Source of the DNA: Epiperipatus broadwayi
Lineage: Eukaryota; Animalia; Onychophora
Reading direction: 5' to 3'
Length of the DNA stretch: 64,000 nt
NCBI GenBank assembly: GCA_028023455.1
Contig: JAQFVV010000002.1
Location: 5,394,001 to 5,458,000 of the forward strand
Positions 39,237 through 53,640 of this stretch are shown here, one piece after another. Position 1 is the first letter of the stretch; every line of letters starts with the position of its first letter. The position numbers and the translations under genes were made by a program. The notes under the pieces are model-generated. The model saw only the letters and a program-made list of their open reading frames with translations. It was not told the DNA's origin and did not search any database.

Positions 39237-40110
39237 CAGAGGTTAGCATCCTTTTAATAGTGTCATGCCGAACCTATATTACAATGTTATTCTACGTGCT
39301 GACATGATTTTACCAATCTTATTATATTATATACTATCAAAATTGGTTGTTATAATGGGCTTCAAAGTTATATATAATATTATAGTATATAATATATACT
39401 TTGGGAATTGATCATTCAATATTTTAAAATACATAGAATCATATGTGAACAGTACTTTTTGTTAAATTTGTAATTTTTAATATGCTTATTAAAAACTATA
39501 TTACAAATTATATATTTTAACTTTTTACCTATACAAAATATAAATTTAAATAAGAAAAAATTATCATGAATTCTAATATGATTAGCCATTTTTTATTATT
39601 AAAATAAATTAATGTGAACTTTGCCCTTGTACCTCTTTGCTCAACTGTTCAAGATCAGGTGTGTAATTTGTCACTTTTAGCTTCACCACACTTCTGAATA
39701 TTCAGGTGTTAAGCAACTTCTTTCAACTCAAAATATTTTTCATATGTGAAAAAATTTGTTCACATAAGTAAGTTGAACCAAATGCTGAAAGCAAAGCACA
39801 AGCAGTTTTTTTTTTCAAAGAATTAAATCTTTCAGGTAATGATGTCCAACAATTGAGAATGACAGTCGACTTTTCTAGATAGTTCCCTTCAAGAGTTTTC
39901 CGCAATTCTGATGATATTAATTCGATTAATTCCATTTCAAAACTATCAATATTCATCCACTCAAAAAGAGATAAATCAAACGGAGTCATCTTTAAATCAA
40001 TTAAGTCAGGTTTGATGAGGAAGAAAAATATAGGTGTGTATATTTGGAAGTCTTCACATTGTTTGGAAAATTCTTCTGTGAGAGTGAACAAAAAAATTAT
40101 AATATTAAAC
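39237..40110 (-). mobile_element. hAT (Charlie/GTF2IRD2-like) transposon 3' fragment
   Basis: ORF 39723-40118 has FEMELIEL..CW.SLP..F..LKK.A.ALLSAFGSTYLCEQIFSHMK (hAT dimerisation domain) and continues to ..YTPDLEQLSKEVQGQSSH* (stop ~39609). TIR-like cagaggttagcatcctttt at 39237. Confidence 0.88.
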
Positions 40111-42429
40111 ATTTTCACTAGAATAACTTAATATAATGATTAATACATTTATTAATTAGACATAATAATAAAAACCGAAATGTGTGATAAATACTCCACA
40201 AAACAAGTAAATGATTCTGATTTACAAATAGATATTATTTCCATAGATTGAAAAATAAATTATACATGTAACATTATCTGTAGTTTCCAGATATATAAAT
40301 TGTAACAAGTATTAATTAAACAGATATGTACTGTAACCTTCTTTTAGAATGACAAGCAATTGTAACTAATCAAGCTCCACGTTTTAGGCGCTAAATCCGC
40401 CTTTGTAACCGTCACTACCCAAATAATCAAGAATATAAGCATAAAAAGAAATGTTAAACTAAAGAGATGATTTCTTTATTGAACTAAGCTAGCATGAAAC
40501 TATAAATCTAAAGAAGATTACAAGGTGATTATGAAGATAATAACTTCTGGTCAAACTAGCTTTAAAATCCACAAACAAAATGTTATGAAATTGAAAGATG
40601 GCTTAGATATTCAAAATGTTATGAAATAAATTTAATATTCATCAAACCAATAAATAAATACTAATTAGATCTATGGAATGAATATAAACTTAAAATTATG
40701 AATTAAGTAATAAGTAAATTAGGATGTGGATGACTAAATGGATGGTGAAAATAAGTAATAATTAAATAATAAAATGAAATGAGTCTAAGAATGATGAAAA
40801 AAGAAAGATGTATGAGAATAATGAATGATTAAGATGATGATAGAATAAGAATTAATGAATGATTAAGATGATAATAGAAGTTAATTAATGATTAATCAAT
40901 TATGATAATGAATTAAGGTCAAATGAGAATGAACAATTAAAAGAATGATCAAGATGAAATTGAAGAACAATGTTGATGATGGAGACTGAGATCTTAATCT
41001 ATAAACTAATATTGTATTAATTGATAATAAGATAAACTAAATAAAATAGGGATTCCAAGCTTGACAAAACCAGAATATTCACTATAAAGTCAATACAAGC
41101 TAAACATTTTAAGACACAAGAAGCAATTTACACGTTAAAGTATGGTTGACTTTCATAAAACAATGAATATAACATAACTCAAATCCAACTACAATACTTC
41201 CTGTATATATAAAATTTACCATAAATTCAAACTCTACATTGCAAATTAATAACTTATTCTTCTCAGGGTTCAAACAACTTAAATATTGTTATACAAGATA
41301 TACTTGGGTCAGTGAGAAGGATTTTGCCACTACCCAAATATAAGGCACAAAACAGCTCTTAATACAAAATCGGATTAACAAACAATATTTAGCAATTCCA
41401 AAGAAACTTTAAAAACTCCATAACTATTATAAACTTTAAGCTTCAAGAAATATGAATAAGTTTTTAATAACTAAACACAATAACTTCCTTTTCTCAAATA
41501 ATTATGAGCAATGTGATCAAGATCGGTGAATGATATATCTGCAGGTTCAAATAAACTGACCCACATTAAATGTTTATCTTTTAATATACCATTTAAAATA
41601 ATATGCAATCTAGGTTAATAATATTTTGATTATTAAGTGATGATGCCCTAGACGTACTCTTAAACTATAGGGCTTAACAAAATTATTCTGGTATATTAAC
41701 ACATAGTTAAGTATACTATATTGATTGATGATGATTTCAATATAATCAGATGATATGTCGATAGCAATAACAATAATAATGTGTATGATGATTAACAATA
41801 AGACTACAGACAACTAAATAAATTTTTAACACAACAAAATTTATTCACACTATTTACAAATTTATTTCAGACACATCACATGAAATAAGACAGAGACATT
41901 ATATAAAATCAGGTATGGAAAATAATTCATATCCCATTGACGACACACATAGTATATAAGATAAACTAGTACAGTGATATTCATATTATCACTATCATTA
42001 TTGGCTATGTTTCTATTATTTTATCTTATAAAATAGGAAGGTTAAACTCTATTTAAACTAAATTAGCACTCAAATTACAAAACAAAATGTGCAAATTTTA
42101 AAATCTAAAACTCAAAGTTATAAAGTAGTGTATTATACTATAGCTATTTTATTTATCAGAATATGATAAGGACAATTATCATAAGCAGCACAATTAATAA
42201 TAATTATTATTTAATATGAAGAGATTTATTGTATTAATGTGGGGACAGACATCAGAAGTCAAATGCATACATGACACCAAAACCTTGCCTATGTCCACAA
42301 CATAATCATTCTAATCATTCAATCAATGAATCATGTGCATCTCTTGCTCTTCCATAAAAAAGTTTTACAATCACTAGTAAGTTTTGGTTGGTTTGTTTAT
42401 AAACTGATGAAGATACTACAACATCATAA

Positions 42430-42820
42430 AGACACCATTCCAATTAGGCAAACACTATAGATAAACCAGTGTCCCTGAATCTAACTTTATCCTATCCTTG
42501 CTATTTAATTTTAAAATACTAAAACTTCACTATACACGGTGGAAAACTAACTACATAACATCATCAGGGATCAAACAATAAAGGGAGGCTCTACAAAACA
42601 ACATGATAGTTGTACAATAATATGGTCAATTCTAATACCTTTTCATAGGTATCAATGTATGGACATTGTCTCATCACAGGGAAATAGAATATGGACCATG
42701 GATATAATCCACTCTTGGGATAAACTATGCTAACTAAGCAATAACTATTGATTAGCCTCGACAATATAATCCTCTCATGGAATCAGCAATGGAAGAATTC
42801 TCCATCTGCCCATGTACAAT
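42430..42820 (+). mobile_element. Very decayed non-LTR RT remnant
   Basis: SVPESNFILSLLFNF (GVPQGS.LSPLLFNI-like) and ISLDNIILSW (G..LD..L.W-like). Confidence 0.3.
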
Positions 42821-45800
42821 ATCAATGACGCTATATTTGATGCCATTATATGTGGCACATACTTATGAGTGGAAAGCTGTCACAAATCCTCATCAATAAA
42901 ATAGCAAGATAACATAATCCTAACAATACAAGTGGAAAAATAAATATTCCATTTCACGATGCAGAAACTAATAGTGTACTAAACAAACCAACACGTAAGT
43001 TAAACGGCCATTAACTATTTTTAAAAATAATAATATTTTTGTTATAACAAGCAATATACACGTAGATAATGAAGATTATCCTACATTTTATATTTAAAGT
43101 GGACATGCTAATTCATAGGCAAAATTTAATAAATGCAAAATGCTTATATCAAATATTTCATATAATAAAACATTTGTGTCATTATACTATATCTTTGACA
43201 AATTTTGTCTGTTTGTTTACCCTTCAATAAAATATTAAAATCTATTTTAAAAGTGCAAGAGATGAATCTCTCTCTATTTAATATTATATTTTCCCTCAAC
43301 TGGGAAAATAACACACACAAATATATATAATATAATAAGTGTATATATCTTTATACATTTATTTGTCCTTAATTAAATATATTTTCATACCACAATAAAA
43401 AAAAATCCCTGAATAACCCATTACAAACAGTATATTACAATACTAAACATAAGCAATAAAAAACAAAAAACATTTTCTCCCATTATATTTTATCTTCCTT
43501 AGTTTAAAGTTTGTTCCATCATTATGAGCTGAATGATAAGGAAACTGATATTATGAACAAAACATTTATAAGTAACGCATATATATATTTTATGATTATT
43601 ATATTCGATCCTGGCATAGTTAAACAAAACTCAAACAGTTCCAAAAGTGTGTAGCACAACTAAAAATATGTTTATTCACACTTTGTGTAGAAAATTTTTC
43701 TTAAAAATAAAGTTATAGGTTTATTACGATTAACAAGATAAACTTTTTAAAATCATTTATTAATTTTTTTACCCATCCAAAGTAACATCTGGAATAATTT
43801 TAAAATGATCTTGGCATTTTTAAAACATTAACTATTGTTAATTCGCATGTTACATAATAAAGATTAAAAAGTAAATATTTATTTCTATCAGCAAATTAAT
43901 GGTTTTTTTTTTTATAATACTAGGAAGAATTTATTCAATCTTTAGCAATTATAAATACGATATGCTTGGGCATTTATAATATTGTAACTTTTACATTTTC
44001 AATAACTAAGCAAAAATAGCGCTAAAACAAGAATTCGCAGACGATTTATCTTCTTTAATTTGATAGGAAATAAGTTCACGCATTTTTTTTTAAAATTGAT
44101 TAAACTTTATACTACTTAAAATGACTTTTTAATTTGTTTACTTTATCTTTTCACACTTTTCTTCAAAATTATTTCTAATTATATTTTATGAAGATTATAA
44201 TTTATAAGCAAACGTATTTTTCTTCTTTATTATAAAGAGCGCGAAAAAACTTTTTTTTTCTTTTCTTTGACAATCTAAATAATTCACACATCATTTTTAA
44301 ATATGAAAACTGGCTAGCATAAATAAAATAAAAGTAATTGCTTATACTTTCTGGATTAATCCTTAGTTTGAAGTTGTATTTGTTCAGACAAATAATTCTT
44401 AATATGGCTCTCATTTTCTTTTCTCTAGTATGAATCCCAGAAACTATAAATCGATGGAAAATAGTGAAGAATGAATACAAGGGGTAAAGTTTCTTATTCC
44501 ATGTTTTTAAACAAACAATATCTTGCAATCTTGTTCAAGTAAATTTCAATTTTACCAATTTTTCAGCTCTTTCTTCTTTATTTTATAGGTGTAGATATTG
44601 AAGTCCCTTTTATTCTGATGTTCTTTCTTGATAGCCCCCCCACAAACTCTGTTAAAAATTTATACCTTGTATTACTTTGGATTGTGGTACCAAAAGGACC
44701 AATCAGAACAGTGTGAATACTAATTAATAGCTCTCCCTCTAGTGATAACTAATTAGACTGTTTCATATCAATTTAAATTATTGTTTAATAATAATAAAGT
44801 ACTAAATATTTTTATACTTCCAAATTGGTTTAATACTATTAAATGATCATGATGGCCACTAGACCGTATAATAAAATGTTTATGAACTTCATATCCACTC
44901 TATCAGATTTTCTAGTGTATCTCAAACAGTCCAAGTCTTCATCACTCTCAGGATATTTATTGGTGAGCTTTTATTTAATTGGAAAATTATAATCCAACAA
45001 GCATTTCAACCTACTACTGATTTTCAATATATTATAATTATTATTAATTAAAATTTTTCATACTGGATCACTTGAATAAAGCTTAATGTAATTGAGCCAA
45101 ACCATATGATTACAGTATGTACACATATAATAATACAAATTATCTCCATTATAATTAAAACAGTAAATTATTCTATTCTAATACATAAATAATGAATTGT
45201 TTTAGATACACATGTATGCACATAGATATGAAGACACTCTGATATGTGTGCTATGATATTAAAATAATATTGCATTTGTTAACTCATGTACTTGTTCCAA
45301 TATAAAATAATTCCAATTATTAATTCCTAATTTGCATTTAAAATTGTTTTTGACAAGATCTTGTTTAATTAAAAATCTGGAGTTTCATCTATTAATTAAA
45401 AAAAAAAATTGGACAATCCATTATAACTTTGGGCTAAAGTCTTTTATGAATTGTGTAATAAACCTTCTAAAAAATTCTATCTCCTTTCTGTTGTCTGGGG
45501 ACTTAAAACATGGTCTGAGTTTTATTTTCTTTCAAAAATTTTTTTCCTCATTATCTGACAGTTGATTCAAAAAGTTATTTACTTTTAGAACAAATCACTG
45601 TATAAGAAAATACATTATATTTTCTTGGATAGTAAACAGAAATAAATCTTCACCAATTTGGAAAGTTAAAGTTTGAAATAATGTGACTATATTTCCACTT
45701 ACTAGCCAATTTCTTCTGTTTACACTTCATATATTGATAAAATAAACTTAATGCACAAATGTTGAGTTTTTTGTCTCTGTTTCATTTATATATAAAGTAG

Positions 45801-46289
45801 TATTTGTATAATGTATAGCCCAGAAGTCTCTCTGTAAGCTAGCTTCCTATAATATTGGAAGCTCTCCATAAGTTGACTTCATATTGTCATGTCCAGGATA
45901 GCAAATATATAACACATATAAAACCAACATGCACACTAGCAGCAATTGTCCTTTCTTTGATTTTTGCTTCCACTTTCTCTACTTCTGCATTTTCTGTATT
46001 TTAATCTAATTTAATCATTGAACTCAATATTTATAATATACAGTGGAAATTAAAAACAAGATAATTAAAGTAGGCTATTTCCCATCTTGATTAATAATTT
46101 AATTACAACATTCTATTTCTCAATTTAAGTTGATTAAAACCAAATTAGTTTTTTTAAAAATTCTTAATTCTTTATACATTATAAAAATATTTTGTTACAT
46201 TAAAATATTTTCAATTTTTGTCAATCAGAAAAAACAAACAAACAATTATTTGCACTAAATAACAGAGATATTTATATATATATGCCAAA

Positions 46290-46354
46290 GTGTTGACCTG
46301 GAAGCGAACCGACTGCTTGGAAGACAGCTATGCTAACCGTTGGGTCACCATCGC
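46290..46354 (-). pseudogene. tRNA-Gly(TCC) pseudogene
   Basis: Minus strand gcgatggtgacccaacggttagcatagctgtcttccaagcag--tcggttcgcttccaggtcaacac versus canonical GCGTTGGTGGTATAGTGGTTAGCATAGCTGCCTTCCAAGCAGTTGACCCGGGTTCGATTCCCGGCCAACGCA. The variable loop is deleted and the D arm is damaged. Confidence 0.8.
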
Positions 46355-47569
46355 TTGAAATAAGAAATACAGTATTTTATGCTTGATTTTAAATAATATG
46401 CAGTACTTCCAAAAAATATCAATGAACATTATTACTGAAACAAAGTGTTTTTGTTATTACGGATTTTAGAAATAATTGTATTTCTAATTCTGTTTACATT
46501 CATTTCTACATTCCTTTTAAGTTTTAAATACATAAATATATATGTGCACACACACTACACATTACACTGTGAGACCAATTTGTAAAAATATATATTGTAC
46601 TACACTGGGTTAGATTTAAATAGGCATTATCATATATATAAATTACTGTCACGAATTTATATATTAATAAATGTTTAAAATCGTCAAGGAAAGTTTATCT
46701 TTAAATTTTGGAGTTATTATAAACACACACAATTACAAACTAGAAATAGTTCATGATCTATTTTTATTTTTGTAAAGTAAAATGATAAATAAATTCACAT
46801 TAATTTAATTTATCTTTACAAACATTTATGAATTTAAAAATGCATATTTTAATGAAAGACAGTAATGTTTTGTTTATTCACATTTTAGAAAATAGGTCTA
46901 AATAAATAGAAAATTACACTCATGTGTGTGTGAGTATATATGCACGTGTGTTTAGGTTATTGGGTAAATATGAAATTATTATATAAATTTTAAATTGCAA
47001 ATGTTTTAAAGTAATATTTGTTATTTTAAAATATATTATTTGAAATAATATTTTTGAAATGAATAAATGTATTTTTATTTTTACAGAAAGGACTTTTATG
47101 TTTAATATAACACAATGTATAATTTAAAAACCTGATTCCTCCTAGTTATTATTAATGCTGTTTTTATGTATTTAAAATTTCTTTGTTTTCATTTCAAAAT
47201 TGCAGGAAAACTATATGGATTACATACACATGTATAAGTTAGGTCATTTTTTTTTGTCTTTATGTTATCGTTCCAATGGTATATATTATGTTTTTCTCCC
47301 CCAAAAAATAAATGTTTTACAAATTTTTATTTAAATAATTTATTAGACTTTATGAAGAAAAGACAACATTAAATTTTCAGATGGAAAACAATAGATTCTA
47401 CCATAGGCTTGAGCATCAAAGATTAATTTTCTAGACTGCTGAACTTCAAAGATACTTTGTCATTTAGCAGTTCCAAAATCTATTTTTGGAAAATAAACTA
47501 ACTCTTTTAAACAGTGAAAATATGAAGAAAGAATAATATATATGCAGAAAAAGTAAATTAAAAAAAAGA

Positions 47570-48290
47570 TATTCAGCTTTATTACTGCCTAGAAAGCTTT
47601 CAATATATCATGTATATCATATTGATAGCTTATACTACAGTAATATGATTAATTTTTTGGTATTAATATGTTGTGATTACTTTGCTATTCAAAATATTAA
47701 CATTTATTCAAAAAGCTTATATCTTTGATAGAGGGATGCTTGTATTCTTCCTATTGATTGAAAAACAGTCCCTTGCTATTGCCCAGGCATCTTTTATAGA
47801 GAGCCATACATATAATTTTTACTTTTGACAATTCAAATCTATAGCCGTTTTTTTTAATTTATGATCAGTGAATATTAATGAATATTCTTTATTTTTAAGG
47901 GCTCTCTCTGTTGTATATATATTTATGTTGGATCAATCTAGTTGACAGGTTGGCCCACAACCTTAAAATGTGCTAAGTTGCATGGAGTTGGCTTGTTAAT
48001 TCATTGGTTCAGTGATGGAGGAGTTGGAAAGCTTATGTTGAATTTATCTTTGCAAATCTTTTTAAATTTATGTGCAACTTTTGGGATGTGGGGGGGGGTA
48101 ACCCATTTTTAGGCTCCTCTTGTTGAGTGGGGCAGGTTTTTACTTTTATTTTGTTGTAAATGATTTCATTATAATCATAACCTACATTTTGAAGGTCTTT
48201 TTGACACAAATTGTGATTTCTATGCAAAAAAATTTTTAAGTCCTGCATATTTATGTAAAATGAGGGTTATTGATCTGGGGTGGATCACTT
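47570..48290 (-). mobile_element. PLE 3' portion, inverted copy (thumb to GIY-YIG)
   Basis: KIFLHRNHNLC..QNVGY, LKRFAKIN and NGYRFELSKVKII; diverged reverse complement of 48985-49715. Confidence 0.8.
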
Positions 48291-49715
48291 TCGCAAATAG
48301 CAAATTACTCTAATGTCCCACTGAGGTTGATTATTGAGTTTGGTGGAGCATACTTTTACAAAATGTCTAAAACCACTACTACACCCATGATTGAAGACTT
48401 GGGATTCAGAACCTATTCAATCAAGTTGTCGTATAAATTTGTTAACAAAACTAAAAACATGAAAATAGATGTCCATAACAAAATTGCAGATGTAAAATAA
48501 TTATATGGTTCAGTTCCTAAAACAGAATCTATCAAAGTTATTGGCAAATTGTTGAATAACATTAATTATGACCCTCACAAAAAGAATTCATTATAAACAT
48601 ACTAAAATGAATAGATAAAGACCTCACAGCATTAGCAAATGGAAAATATTACAAGATGAACTATGGATGGCTAATGAGGATTCCCATTAGTGGCATTATA
48701 AACAGCCTATTCTTAGTAAAAAATGAAAATAATATTCCTAAGTTTGTGTCTTCAAATCCAGACTTAATACATATTAGATAAGTTGATGTGTTTATATGTT
48801 CAATCAACGCACACTCTGATAGAATACAGCAAAAATTAGAACAAGCATCAACCCTTTCATGGACCATGGAGATAAAAGACAGAAACAAAGGAATTATATT
48901 TTCTGGATTTATACATCCAAAGACAAGGTAATATGCTAGATTACAGGATGATGCTTAAATATATTAACATAAAAGGAGTGATCCATCCCAGATCAATAAT
49001 TTCCATTTCACAAAAATACATGGGACTTAAAGGTTTTCTGCATAGAAATCACAATTTGTGTAAATATAAATATGATAAAAAGAACAATATCAAGGAGTAT
49101 ATAAATGACATTCAAAATATAAGATATAATTATAACAAAACCATTAACACTATAAAGAGGTTTTACAACAAAATAAGAAAGCCCCACTCCATTCAGTAAG
49201 AGGAGCCTAAAAAATGGATTAGTCTCTCTAACATCCTGAGAGTCACAGATAAATTTAAAAAAAAAAGATTTGCAAAGATAAACTCAACTTAAGCTTTCGA
49301 ACCCTCCATCACTGAACCAATTAACTAACAATTCCAAAGACAAACTGTCAAATAAATCTGCACATCAAGTGATTTTATGGGGAGTTGCAGATCCTTAAAA
49401 ATAAAGAATATTCATCACTATTCACTATGAACAAAAAACCAGCTATGGATTTGAATTGTCAAAAACAAAAACTATATGTATGAAAAGAGGACTGATAATA
49501 GAAAATAAAAGAGACCTGGGCAATAGCAAGACACCATTTTTTGATCAATAAAAAGAATACAAGCACCCCTCTATCAAAAAAATGGGCTGTTTGACTAAAT
49601 TTTACTATTTTGAATAGCTAATTAATCAAGCATATACACTAATATCAAAAAATCTAGAATGCTAGAAAAGAAAAGAAAAAAGGAAAGAATGCTAGACAGT
49701 AATAAAGATGAATAT
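48291..49715 (+). mobile_element. PLE, decayed RT through 3' end
   Basis: IADVK*LYGSVP (RT motif A, 48483), KYYKMNYG..IPISGII, HIR*VDVF, YFLDL, KGVIHPRS..KGFLHRNHNLC, in the expected PLE order. Confidence 0.85.
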
Positions 49716-52499
49716 TTTAAAAAAAATCTATCTTTTTTCCATACGTGTTCATTAACAGTCATTTATTATGTTAACTCAGAGAAGAAGAAAATAATTTATA
49801 GTTATTACAGAAAAAAGAATAAGCAATCTATGCTTACAGAAATTAGCAGTATACCGATTCTTCATCCTAACAATGTCTAAAAATGCCATTGAATGTAATC
49901 AAAAAATGAGTATAGAGCGTTTTACAAAGTATGCAAGCCTGGAGTGTTTCATTATACGATAGTAGATTTTCTTTTTTTGGATGATAAATTATTAGTGAAA
50001 GTAACAAATATGCTAATAAAAAAAATGTGGAATTGAAAAAAGGTATCAAAGTCATTATATTTAATTTCTTGCAAAAGCATGTATAGTTCAGCTAGGGGAT
50101 ATTTGGGACTCATATTCAAGGTATCAATATGAGACAGGTCTATTTTAAGTCATAATCACCTGCAATAGCTTTCATAATTTATTATTGCACCTGTATTTCA
50201 ACAATGAAAATTACCATGTAACAAAAGACCGAGATTTGAACTGAATATACAAAATTAGGCTTGTATATATATAAACTGCTTATGAGAAGCATAATAAAGT
50301 AGTAATTGATTAGAAATCACTAAGTTTATTGGTCATAATACAGTGTGACAATATGACCATTTTAAATTAGTAAAATGAGAAATTGAAAGATTGGTCTGTG
50401 CAGATAACCATATATGTGCAACAGATGGAATTGTACAGGAGTAAAAATATAACATTTTACGCTAGCCAATATTCGAGAACTTGTTTTACAACATTTAAAA
50501 AGTGTTGGGTTTTCGCCTTAAAAATGGGTAAAGTGCAGGGAGGCTGCTTTATTGCTTATCAACTAAATTGACATAAACAATGCACTTCTTCAAACTCCAT
50601 CTTAGTTTTTTCAATAATGATGATAGATATGCCAGCTCTACCCAGCAATTTTCTGTGTACTTGCTCCGACTTTGTGTTCAGACAAGGATGATTCATGAAT
50701 AGTTCTGTTGGGTAAATTATATCTGTTATTTTTATTTATATGTTTATTTTGCTGCATAGATTTTACATTTTAGGTGAATTCTTCTTAACAAAATGACATC
50801 TTTTTCACAATTTGTAATAAAAAAGCATTATTATTATTCTATATTTAATGAAATTATACTTTTCTCTTTAGCTATACCAATGTGTAAAATCTGAACCATT
50901 TATAGCCTGAAAAATATTTAGCCTTATTCATCTTTGTTGTTTTCTCTTCTTTAATATACCCAGACCCCTGTAAAAAAAATTTCTTATGGGATTTGATGGA
51001 AAAATGAAAGGTATCAATAGCTCTATTTTCTAATGTTATGGACTAATGGGTTCTTATAAGTATATCATGCTATATGACATTTTATTAGAAATTTTATAAA
51101 GATCGTAATGAACATGTTAATAAAAAAATTATCTATTAAAATTGAGAATACTGGAAAAAATATAAAAATAATAAAATATCATATTTTTTAATTTTATTTG
51201 AAAGTATAATGACTATATTTTTTCCAGCTTTATTACATTCCTTGGTATTTATCTTTCTTATAACATAAACTGTATGAGGTTTTTTTTTTTTGTAATTCTA
51301 TTTAAAATCATCTTAAAAATTGTCTTATAACAATTCTCTAAAAATCCAATATGACTGCCATTCACGAGATACAGTTAAAATTTATTTTTCATACACTCTA
51401 TATTCAATTATTAAAATGTTTTATTTTTGTAATTTCTAACCAATAAGACTGATTTCTTTTTTTGCAGCAGTATTAATTTTTTTTAAATCACAAATTTTGT
51501 TATTTTACATATATGCAGTAAATTAAATAAACTGATGATAAAAAAAATATTATGTAAAGTTGATGGCTGTAATTTTAATAATCTATGTAAATGATGAAAT
51601 TAAAAGTCACAAATAAATTACAAGATTATTGATTTAAAATTGAAAAAATAAATGGTATTTTAAGCTTATGTTTAATAATCTTTGATCACATAAAGTTGAT
51701 TATTAGATGCATAATGCATGAAATAATTTTTAAAAAAAAATTATCACCATTACAATCTGTCCTGACTATAAAATAGCCAGAGGTGGCTGCCTAAATGGTA
51801 TATTTCTGTGATTTTGCACAGAAATAATGTCACCAAGCAGCTGGTCTGTCCAAATGATGAGTACCAAAAAACTTTACATTTTGTTTTGACTAAGTATGCT
51901 AACAAACTTGTTAAATATATGAATTAAAGTCAGTTTACTTTAATTAAAGTCAAATTTAAAATATACAAAGCTATGTATAAGTTAAAGGTTATTCTATAAA
52001 ATTTGTAAGAAATGAAAATAGATCCTATATTCTAGGATATTTAAAATATTAGCTTAAGATGGGATTCAAAATAAACAACATATTTTCTTGTAGAGAAAAA
52101 AAAGAATAATAATAATAATATATAACTAATAAATATAAATAATCAAAATTGCACAAATACACAAGTTTCCAAAAGGCGTAAAATATTTCTTCATTTATAA
52201 AAATTATTCATTTTTTTAAAAAAATATTTACTAAGGCAATAAACCTGAAGCATGTGCGGTTGAAAATGTGAAGGTAGGGACCTCTATAGGTCTTAACTAC
52301 AAGCTTACGCCTTGAAAGAAAGTCATTCAGTTAAAACTAAATCCACTAATTAGATGTAGACTGAAAAACAGCTGATTAGAAGCAATTGCAGGATTAAAAT
52401 AAAACATGAATGTAATGACAAAATAAAAAGATATATGCTCATGCATTGTCATTACAAAAAAAGTAAAAATATGGGTTTTGTTGGTCTATAATGGAAATT

Positions 52500-53640
52500 T
52501 TTTCCATTGCTTGGAATTGACAAGCTTACCAACAAATTAAAACATTATCAACACTAAGAAATGTAAAAAGATACCAAGTAAGAAGCCAATATTGATCAGC
52601 CAAAACTAAGAATTTCATTTTAACTGAAACCAAAGGCAATCACAGTATAGACAAATGAATTACAAATTGTTAGGTACAATTATATTTATGCTCAAACGCA
52701 AGTTTACCTAAATTATCAAAAAAGCCACACTAAGATCTTTTAATTATATAAATATATAATTGAGACCTCAATAATGAAAAAGAATTTCATTTTGATAAAA
52801 TATTTTATTTTTTTACTCTAAATATCATCTTAAGTTTTTTTGTTATAATTAATAACATTGTGCAGAACATATACACATTCTACATTGAATGCTACTTGCA
52901 TTTTAATTATTACTATTTTTTATTACAATTATTATTTTATTTATGAAATATAAAGGAAAAGGAGGGCTTGCAAATAGACAGGAAATTAATGACTGTCAAA
53001 ATTAAAACTTTAATTTTCAAAATAATATATATACAGTATATTCAAAAGATGTACATAACCATATATATCAATGTGAATTTAATATTTATAATGATAGATA
53101 TCAATCAAAAGCATTCAATAAAGTGTTTTGATATATACATTTATTTAGTAGTCTGTGTCATTCTTATATAATTAGTCTCACTGTAATTGCATAACTGAAT
53201 AGTTTCTTTCTTGATCCTGGACAATCATGTTCTGAGCTGGGATGTTAATGATGTAAAATTGGGATGATATTGTTTGAAGGCAATGTAATAATTGTAGGTA
53301 TTCTTTCAAATGAAAGTGATGCTCAAAGTTAAGGAATAGCATAGTTGAGTGTAACCCACTAAAAACAGGTTGGCATGGTGATCATGAAACATAACCTGGG
53401 TATCTTCTATAAATATTTAAGTGATATGTAGTTTGATCATCATTAGCAGCAGCATTTGTAATTAAATCTAATTAAGAAATTTACAAAGTTTTATTAACAT
53501 ATTCCTTACAATTGTAAGAAAAACACTGAAAAAATAGATTGCTCGTTATATTACATGAAGCGAACTTGTTTATATACATGCGGTTTATGTTTCTGTGAAT
53601 CATCAGTATCAGCATCATCCATGTTCTCAGTACATAAATG
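52500..53640 (+). repeat. ~1.1-kb dispersed repeat copy 1 (possibly a decayed Tc1-like element)
   Basis: Collinear, visibly diverged similarity to 59050-60170. IMF*AG (VMFWAG-like) and LNLIK (DLNPIE-like) suggest Tc1. Confidence 0.6.

Noticed and set aside
44202-44528. Mariner FLHRIVTGDE-like match in the ORF (IFHRFIVSG)
   Set aside because: The similarity is too weak and the catalytic D is absent.
44918-44946. Minus-strand GTGATGAAGAC-ttggact-GTTTGAGA resembling HHR family B
   Set aside because: Both core halves are mutated and no flanking homology to 58.4 kb was established.
222-45785. Nematode piRNA (21U) upstream motif CTGTTTCA
   Set aside because: I noticed only about six hits on both strands, scattered and partly inside TEs; this is far too sparse for a piRNA cluster.
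47080-47440. Cluster of TTTTCAG/TTGCAG acceptor-like sites suggesting micro-exons
   Set aside because: Such sites are frequent in AT-rich DNA; no consistent open frame or donors link them.
50380-50600. Mariner remnant (QHLKSVGF..KWV)
   Set aside because: One short motif only, with no other transposase motifs or TIRs.
53565-53612. Minus-strand CTGATGA-ttcaca-GAAA-CAT..ATG-TA hammerhead-like string
   Set aside because: Helix II is essentially absent and the motif is not conserved in the paralogous repeat at 60.1 kb; likely chance.
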